From assembly GCA_964621445.1 (NCBI GenBank), contig CAZUNO010000001.1, forward strand, positions 104,496 through 168,495: a DNA stretch of 64,000 nucleotides, in the 5' to 3' direction. The notes below the pieces were generated by a model. The model made no database searches. It was not told the origin of the DNA and worked only from the letters and a program-made list of their open reading frames with translations. The DNA is from Candidatus Hadarchaeota archaeon (GTDB lineage: Archaea > CAYQAE01 > CAYVLA01). The translations under genes and the position numbers were made by a program. Positions 57,763-64,000 of this stretch are shown one piece after another. Position 1 is the stretch's first letter. The number at the start of each line of letters is the position of its first letter.

Positions 57763-58197
57763 GTGATGGCAATAGCCACTATAGTTTCTGCAGGTGGAGT
57801 TGTTTACCGGAACTTCGAGGACAACCTATTCTTAGTTCTAGTAGGGAGAAGAAGGGGAAATTACTGGTGCTTGCCCAAGGGCAAGATAGAGGAAAACGAG
57901 ACGGAGACCCAGGCGGCAAAGAGGGAGGTCTTCGAGGAAGCCGGGATATCAAATGTGTCACTGGGGGAGAAGATAGGCACCATCCGATACGAGTTTTATC
58001 GCAAATCGACTGATACTTCGTACCAGAAGTATGTCCATTTCTATCTCATGCGAGCGGCATCCAACGTACTAAATGTGGGATCAGAATTTGACCGGGTGAT
58101 GTGGTTCACTGCGGACGATGCAGTTAACATGGTAAGCCATAGGAAGGAACGGGGGATCGTTTGTAAAGCAATCGATATGCTGGGATCGATGTCCTAG
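57763..58197 (+). CDS. Nudix hydrolase (Ap4A hydrolase/MutT-like)
   Basis: SAGGVV, W.LPKG...E.E....A.REV.EE.G. Confidence 0.9.
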   Translation: MMAIATIVSAGGVVYRNFEDNLFLVLVGRRRGNYWCLPKGKIEENETETQAAKREVFEEAGISNVSLGEKIGTIRYEFYRKSTDTSYQKYVHFYLMRAASNVLNVGSEFDRVMWFTADDAVNMVSHRKERGIVCKAIDMLGSMS

Positions 58198-58264
58198 TGG
58201 CTCACTCCATGTGGGATATCTAAAAGAGATTTAACCATGGGTAATAAGATATTGGGGGTAGATC

Positions 58265-59050
58265 TTGAGAGTCATCATTTGTGAGAACTACGAGGAGGTG
58301 AGTAGGAGGGCCGCCGAAATTATCTCCAGGCAGGTGAGGGATAAGCCAAGATGCGTTATCGGTCTGGCAACTGGTAGCACTCCCATGGGGGCCTATCGTC
58401 ATCTGGTAAAGATGCACGAAGAGGAGAGCCTGGATTTCTCAAATGTCACTACCTTCAATCTCGATGAATATTTGGGGCTCCCCCCCGATCATCCCCAGAG
58501 CTATCATTACTTCATGTGGAATAACCTATTCGATGGAATTGAAATCCCAGCCAAAAACACGAATATCCCGGATGGTCAAGCGGACGACTTGACCGCTGAA
58601 TGCGAGGAGTATGAGAGGAAGATAAGGGATGCTGGTGGCATAGACCTACAACTTCTAGGTCTGGGGAGGGATGGTCATGTAGGTTTTAATGAACCCGGTT
58701 CATCCCTGGGATCGAGAACGAGAATAAAGGCGCTCGCCCCGGAGACCATAAACGATAACTCCCGGTTTTTTGGAAGCGAGGAAGAGGTGCCGCGATTGGC
58801 CATAACAATGGGCGTAGGAACTATAATGGATTCTATGAGGATCCTGATCCTTGCCTCGGGAGAACATAAGGCCGAAGCGGTTAGATCGACGGTGGAAGGA
58901 CCCATAACCGCTGGTGTTCCAGCCTCGGCGCTGCAGCTCCATCCAAGGGTTACTTTGGTCCTGGATCCAGAGGCGTCAAAACTTCTGGAGAGAAAGGAAT
59001 ACTACCGATACGTTGAGAAAAGAGCTCGCGAACTTTTCCCCAGATCATGA
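58265..59050 (+). CDS. nagB: Glucosamine-6-phosphate deaminase (bacterial NagB type)
   Basis: GLATGSTP, TFNLDEY, HPQSY, GHVGFNEPG, AITMGVGTI, PAS.LQLH. Confidence 0.95.
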   Translation: MRVIICENYEEVSRRAAEIISRQVRDKPRCVIGLATGSTPMGAYRHLVKMHEEESLDFSNVTTFNLDEYLGLPPDHPQSYHYFMWNNLFDGIEIPAKNTNIPDGQADDLTAECEEYERKIRDAGGIDLQLLGLGRDGHVGFNEPGSSLGSRTRIKALAPETINDNSRFFGSEEEVPRLAITMGVGTIMDSMRILILASGEHKAEAVRSTVEGPITAGVPASALQLHPRVTLVLDPEASKLLERKEYYRYVEKRARELFPRS

Positions 59051-59055
59051 TCTGC

Positions 59056-59751
59056 TTAGCTCTCCCCGTCAAGTGTGGAAATCCTTGGATGTAGTAAGGT
59101 GATTAGAACTACAAAAAGACCTTTCCATAAGGGGAACCCGATTTCGGGAATGGGAAGGGATTTCGTGAGGCCGATGAACAATCCCCCGAATGATTTTGCG
59201 CCTTCGGGTGCATTAAGTCCGGTTGAACGAATTTCAAAGGCGCGATATCCCTGGATTTCTTTCCACTTCGGGTATGATTTGTCGAAAGTGATATTCCAGT
59301 TCTTCCATATCAAGCTCCTATCTGGGTCATATGACCATCCTTCGACCGAGTCATGTATGCCGATCCAGACGAAAGAATCGTCCTTCACGTAAATTGCATC
59401 GGTCCAGCTATAGGTATCGTTCCCGGACCCAGTGACCCCGAGGGGAAGGTTCCAACCTGAACTAGGCTTTGGGAAATAGGAAACCATCTCCTCGTGGGGA
59501 GTCGCCTTGGTGAATCTTTTTGTAGCAGACTCTATCTCTGAAAGATCCATTAATTCCGAAAACTCATACAGAACCTTGTTACTGGATGTGTTAATACATG
59601 CAATTTCGATGGAGGTCCTTGCCCTCAGCTGCTGACCGGCGGAAACCGTCGGCAATTGGGTTTCAAGACCGGAGATCGCTAGGACAGATAGCGCGACTAT
59701 TAGCATTAAGGACCTCAAAGAATAATCACTACAAACGTAACTTAGATTCAT
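59056..59751 (-). CDS. Exported hypothetical protein with C-terminal IPE-TM tail
   Basis: N-terminal hydrophobic signal; C-terminal 'IPEIGFPLWKGLFVVLITLL'. Confidence 0.55.
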   Translation of the reverse strand: MNLSYVCSDYSLRSLMLIVALSVLAISGLETQLPTVSAGQQLRARTSIEIACINTSSNKVLYEFSELMDLSEIESATKRFTKATPHEEMVSYFPKPSSGWNLPLGVTGSGNDTYSWTDAIYVKDDSFVWIGIHDSVEGWSYDPDRSLIWKNWNITFDKSYPKWKEIQGYRAFEIRSTGLNAPEGAKSFGGLFIGLTKSLPIPEIGFPLWKGLFVVLITLLHPRISTLDGES

Positions 59752-59849
59752 GTGAATCCCAACCTTTGGGCGTCAAATTACTGTTGACTCGAATTCGAGT
59801 ATTTAATTCCCCCGTATTGAATCAGCGAGTACCCGGCTTTTCCAGGGCT

Positions 59850-60551
59850 TCACATATAGTGATGATTGGCCTTTTCCTCGCTCTGAGCGGTAACCATTTG
59901 TTGTATCTTTCTCTCCAGGTGTTCAGCTTGGATTAGCTCCTCCGTATCAACATCGAAATGGAGTATCTCGGCTAGCTTATCTATTGCAAACGCTGCTGCT
60001 TTTCTATCAGGCCGGGATTCTGCAAATGGCAGAAGACCCAATAGTGGGATATCCATCTTCTCCGCGTGGAAGAGTAAACCGGCCAACGGCCCCACGATAT
60101 TTAGATCGTCCAGCATCCATTCTATGTCATTTGCCTCCATCAATGATCTTCCCTTGGAGGTGGCCACTCCCAGAAGAGGGGGATCCTCCTCCCTCTTCAC
60201 GGCCTTGGTCAGTCCGCCCAGCACTATGGCAGCCTTGAACTTGGAATCCTTGATCCACTTTGCTATGTCACCGGTAATGCGCATGGTTTGTTCCTGTGGC
60301 AAGGGGGCTTCTGAAGCCATGTACACGTTCCCATCGAGAAGGAAAAGATCGTAGGGGAAACTAACCTTCTTTTCCCATAATCTAACTACCGGGCTCATTC
60401 CGTCGAATTCCAGGTATCCGATCCGTTTCCCACCGAGTTTGTCAAAGAGAAATCGATTCGCTATATACCCGGTCCAGCCGATGCCCCGGAAACCGGTGAC
60501 GAAATACCTATCCTCCAGGCTGACTTCCTCTTTTAGAATGATGTTGCTCAA
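59850..60551 (-). CDS. PAC2-family proteasome assembly chaperone (PbaA/PbaB-like)
   Basis: TGF.GIG.TG.IA, LGG, IVGPLAGLL, PD.KAA, VD.EEL. Confidence 0.88.
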   Translation of the reverse strand: MSNIILKEEVSLEDRYFVTGFRGIGWTGYIANRFLFDKLGGKRIGYLEFDGMSPVVRLWEKKVSFPYDLFLLDGNVYMASEAPLPQEQTMRITGDIAKWIKDSKFKAAIVLGGLTKAVKREEDPPLLGVATSKGRSLMEANDIEWMLDDLNIVGPLAGLLFHAEKMDIPLLGLLPFAESRPDRKAAAFAIDKLAEILHFDVDTEELIQAEHLERKIQQMVTAQSEEKANHHYM

Positions 60552-60628
60552 TTCAGTTCCCGGTTCCCGTTTGCCGGATCTCTAAAAAATGTTCCAAAGC
60601 GGGGCCCCCGTTTATGTAATTAGTTCCC

Positions 60629-61831
60629 TCAGGCTTTTTGCCGGCTAGTCAGGAAGTCCTCTATCTCGGCAATATCCCAATCAACGACGTAGGACATGTT
60701 AAACCGGTCGCCTTCCCTTCGGACGAGGCCCTTCTCGATTAGGTTGGTCATGTGGAGAGAGACGGTTCCCTTTGTCCTATTCAGATCCGATACCAGATCA
60801 CCAAGGGAGGCCTTTCCCTGATGACGTTTGACAAGTGTTTCCAGAACCTCGGTTTGTTTGGGAGTTAGGTGTCTTAGTATTCTCCAGGTGAAGGAGAGCT
60901 TTGCTTCTTTGACTACCTTTTCAACTATCCCGGTGTCGATCCTGGGAACATTCATGCTATGTGCGGTTTCAACTGCCTTCTCACATATCTGCATTAACCG
61001 CCTTGGATTACCATCAGTATATTCTATTATGACCTCGACCGCTTCCTCTGTGAACGGATCGAGCGGATTATTGCAGGGGGTCTCTTCATCCCTGGCCGCT
61101 TTGAGGCGGGATTTTATTATCTCCACCTGTTCAAGCCTAGTAAAGGGCTCTAGGTCAATCTCATGCCCCAATCTGGCATAGGTTGACGGGGATTTGGATT
61201 GAAGTTCGTTTGGGGTGTCAGGATAACCGGCCAGTATCCAGGTCATTTCGGGTTCGAAGAGTAGGTTGTCAAGAAAGGGAAGGTTTGATTGGCAGTCATA
61301 TTTATTCATTGTATGGGCATTATCGACGAGAAAAACGAAATCCTGCTCCAGCATATCCCTAAGCATGGTAAGGTCCTCCTCGACCGATAGAAGGTCATAA
61401 TGCACTGGAGATTTCGAGTACTTGGTCATGCGGACGATGATCTTTCGCAGGTCGCTCATTTTGGAACGATCTATCCTCTCCACGAGGTGGTTTCTCCTAA
61501 TGAGGTCCAATGTGAGTGAGATTATCATCTTCCTTACCGACGGATAATATGAGCCGACCGATATGAGGTATTTTTCAGGACATTTGGCGCGGAGGCAGAC
61601 CGATAGAACGTTCATGAGGCTGGTTTTACCCATCCCGATTTCACCCACCAGGAAGCTGTTCACGTTATTGGAGATGGAATGGACGGTTTGCTGCAGTTCC
61701 CTCTCCCGTCCCACGAAGTAGTGTAACTCACCGTTTATAGGGCTTATCCTAAATGGCTGTTCACTTAGTCCCTGGGTGGAGTAATCCTCCTCCATCTGTA
61801 CTCTGTTGAGAATTTCCTCTAGTCCCTTCAT
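60629..61831 (-). CDS. AAA+ ATPase with C-terminal winged HTH
   Basis: FVGRE.EL, GEIGMGKT, FLVDN, GNPR, 'LTPKQ.EVL...KGTVS.H...L..KGLV'; GGTGA RBS before MKGLEE. Confidence 0.82.
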   Translation of the reverse strand: MKGLEEILNRVQMEEDYSTQGLSEQPFRISPINGELHYFVGRERELQQTVHSISNNVNSFLVGEIGMGKTSLMNVLSVCLRAKCPEKYLISVGSYYPSVRKMIISLTLDLIRRNHLVERIDRSKMSDLRKIIVRMTKYSKSPVHYDLLSVEEDLTMLRDMLEQDFVFLVDNAHTMNKYDCQSNLPFLDNLLFEPEMTWILAGYPDTPNELQSKSPSTYARLGHEIDLEPFTRLEQVEIIKSRLKAARDEETPCNNPLDPFTEEAVEVIIEYTDGNPRRLMQICEKAVETAHSMNVPRIDTGIVEKVVKEAKLSFTWRILRHLTPKQTEVLETLVKRHQGKASLGDLVSDLNRTKGTVSLHMTNLIEKGLVRREGDRFNMSYVVDWDIAEIEDFLTSRQKA

Positions 61832-62278
61832 CTCTTCACCGAGAGGAGTGTATTGACATTTGGATAGTTGGGTATTAAAGGAATCGATGGCCGGATTATG
61901 CAACATATTCGGTGATGCATTTTGGGAGAGGGTGAGGGCCCTAATGCCAACGCCGAGTGAATTTTTTCTGGGAGTGGATAATGTTTTTCGTAACTTCTTT
62001 TGCTGTTTTGGCTTGAAGGATTATTAGTTGCCGGACAAGAAATTTACGATTCAAAAAATTTGGTTTTACGCCACCTTCCTAGGTCCGGGAATTTGGAACA
62101 AATTAGAGGCGGTTTAGCTTTTTTGGCATGGCGCCTTTTACACAGTGTGATGAAGTTCCATGCCAGCTTGTTTTTCATGGTGGACACGGGCTTAGATGCT
62201 TCAGATAAATTTTAAGAATTTCTGGATTCTCTTATGCTAAGAAAAAGACATCCTAAGCCTTTTTCGGGTTTTGTATAA

Positions 62279-63169
62279 CTAGTTTTCATTTTTGTTGAAA
62301 TGTCCACGTTTTGAACCAAAATGGTCAAGTGCCTCTTCAGCTCTTCGGAACATGACCTCGGTGTCAGGTTCCCTCCCGGTCCAGATTTGTATGGAATCGG
62401 CTGCCTGGTAAATGAGCATGGAAAGCCCCCCTATAGTCCTGCAACCCGCTTTTCGTGCCTGCCTGAGAAGCTTTGTTTCCGGTGGGTTATACACCAGGTC
62501 CATTACCGCGAGATGGTGATTAAGCATATCGGATTCGACTATTGTTCCCTCGGTTCTGGGGTGCATTCCTACCGGGGTGGCGTTTATGAGGACTGATGAC
62601 TGGGCCAATTCCTTCTCCAGTTCCTCCCTGGTATATGGTCTGCCCCGTACTTTCGGCCATCCGGTCTTGCTCGATATCTCCTCCGCCAGGCACACCGCCT
62701 TGTCGACCGTCCGGTTGCATATGGTGAGGTCGGCTTTTTCACTGGCCAGGCCAAAGGCAACGGCACGGGCAGCACCCCCTGCACCGACCATGGTTACCTT
62801 GGTTCCTCTCAATTCTTCCTGCGCTCCCTCTTCCAAACATCTCATGGATGCGGAGACATCTGTGTTGAATCCGGAGATCTTACTCCCGAATCGTATGGTG
62901 TTCACGGCCCCCACTTTTCCGGCCAATGGCTCGATCTCGTCGAGAGCAGGGATTACCTCGGTCTTGTAGGGGATGGTCACGTTGATTCCGGAGACACCGA
63001 GGCGGGAAAACGATTTTACGGCCGAAGCAGCTGAGGTGGAAATCTTGAAGGATACGTAGACCGCATTCAGGCCCATCTGTTGGTAGGCGGCATTTTGGAT
63101 CTGGGGTGATATGGAGTGCTCTATGGGTTTGCCTATCAATCCATAAATTGATGTGTTGGAATCAATCAT
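62279..63169 (-). CDS. aroE: Shikimate dehydrogenase
   Basis: G.PI.HS.SP, NVTIPYK, GAVNT, NTD, GAGGAA, NATPVGM, DLVYNP. Confidence 0.95.
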   Translation of the reverse strand: MIDSNTSIYGLIGKPIEHSISPQIQNAAYQQMGLNAVYVSFKISTSAASAVKSFSRLGVSGINVTIPYKTEVIPALDEIEPLAGKVGAVNTIRFGSKISGFNTDVSASMRCLEEGAQEELRGTKVTMVGAGGAARAVAFGLASEKADLTICNRTVDKAVCLAEEISSKTGWPKVRGRPYTREELEKELAQSSVLINATPVGMHPRTEGTIVESDMLNHHLAVMDLVYNPPETKLLRQARKAGCRTIGGLSMLIYQAADSIQIWTGREPDTEVMFRRAEEALDHFGSKRGHFNKNEN

Positions 63170-63867
63170 GTTTCCTTCTCCGATAGATTCAGAATTTGTT
63201 GGTGGATGTCCTTCATTTGGGGAATGGACAGCATGCCAGGAGCCACCGGTTTTGCCCCCTCGGGATAGGCGTAAGCAAATTGAGAGCCAAAGAACGGGGC
63301 TAACAGCCGTCCAACCCTGCCTATGCTTCCCATAGGGATTGCTATCACCCTGTTTTTGATGGTTGGGATGGATATCACTCTCAGCACCTCGTTTTTGGAG
63401 TGGGTCAGGGTAGCTATCTTGGCGTAGGCTGCTCCATATGATCTCGCCTGTGACACCGTGTTCAATAGCTCCTTCCTGGAAGGGGTGCCTTTGAAGTTGT
63501 GGATGGACAGAATGACCTCGCTTCCGTTTTCTTTCGATTCATCCATCAAACCTGACCCGGCGTGACCTAGTTCTAGGTCCACAAGATCACAGATCGAGGA
63601 GAAATCCTTCAGGGTCCTCAGGTGTTTATCCTCGGGTCCTTCATACTTTCCTCCATCCGCCCTGTAGCGGTGGGTGGCGATTACGGGGGCCTCCAGGTCT
63701 CTAATCCAATCGAAATCCCGAGTGCTGGAAACCACCTCGAGGTGGTCCAGGCGGATTTCTAAAAGATCGGCCCCCTGAGAAAGGGCCGCATTAGCCGCTT
63801 CTTTCATCCCTTGATGATCGATGGCCGCTAGCGTCCCGCAAATTCCGGTGCAGGATTCATCTCTCAA
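63166..63867 (-). CDS. aroD: Type I 3-dehydroquinate dehydratase
   Basis: EIRLD, T.R...GG, DLE, S.HNF..TP, KIA, MG..G...R, APG. Confidence 0.92.
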   Translation of the reverse strand: MRDESCTGICGTLAAIDHQGMKEAANAALSQGADLLEIRLDHLEVVSSTRDFDWIRDLEAPVIATHRYRADGGKYEGPEDKHLRTLKDFSSICDLVDLELGHAGSGLMDESKENGSEVILSIHNFKGTPSRKELLNTVSQARSYGAAYAKIATLTHSKNEVLRVISIPTIKNRVIAIPMGSIGRVGRLLAPFFGSQFAYAYPEGAKPVAPGMLSIPQMKDIHQQILNLSEKET

Positions 63868-64000
63868 TTAGCTTCTCCTCGACAGCCATTCCGAAGTGTC
63901 TTGCCTGTCCCGAGAGGTAAGCGAGTACGTGATCGCCTTCTTTGAGGTCCTTTATTGACGCCGCTTCTCCCTGGGGATCGACCAGTCTAATGGTCTCAGC
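63857..64000 (-). CDS. 3-dehydroquinate synthase II, C-terminal part, truncated by window edge
   Basis: Manual translation: AETIRLVDPQGEAASIKDLKEGDHVLAYLSGQARHFGMAVEEKLIER*. Confidence 0.88.
   Translation of the reverse strand, partial: AETIRLVDPQGEAASIKDLKEGDHVLAYLSGQARHFGMAVEEKLIER

Noticed and set aside
60629-61831. Confident orc1/cdc6 call
   Set aside because: Walker B DE and other typical Cdc6 motifs are absent, and no ORB elements were seen
1-64000. CRISPR array, rRNA, SRP or RNase P RNA, IS elements, inteins
   Set aside because: No regularly spaced repeats, transposase motifs, oversized conserved proteins or suitable GC-rich gaps seen by eye

Overview
Chromosomal DNA from an archaeon, probably an uncultured anaerobic heterotroph. 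Archaeal markers include TFE, proteasome alpha/beta, Trm56, Trm5, SRP54/FtsY, prefoldin, L31e/L39e/LX/S19e, aIF6, DHQ synthase II and a BHB-intron tRNA. The window is gene-dense, with no CRISPR array, rRNA, integrase or transposase visible. The left half is metabolic/accessory: a five-gene NAD-linked [NiFe]-hydrogenase of HydABCSL/HoxEFUYH type, ferritin, a rubredoxin missed by the ORF track, a bacterial-type gnd plus Tal-Pgi fusion, cDPG synthetase and a LIG-POL LigD. The right half is mostly core genes: thiC-argC-argJ, psmB-psmA, tfe, tRNA-Arg(GCG), glyA, the S19e-to-srp54 cluster and aro genes. Most notable observations: (1) the transaldolase half of Tal-Pgi has lost essentially all catalytic residues but is full length; (2) the hydrogenase has a NuoG-like long HydA but a HydB lacking the C-terminal module linked to electron bifurcation; (3) a SWIM + FYVE-like 8-Cys finger + amphipathic-tail protein lies near an unusual tandem psmB-psmA pair, and a PAC2 protein with a penultimate Tyr lies beside a Walker-B-variant AAA+/wHTH ATPase; (4) the tRNA has a D-loop intron, and its 3' end/trailer is 17/18 complementary to the srp54 translation start. 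All product calls come from manual motif recognition; no searches were run.
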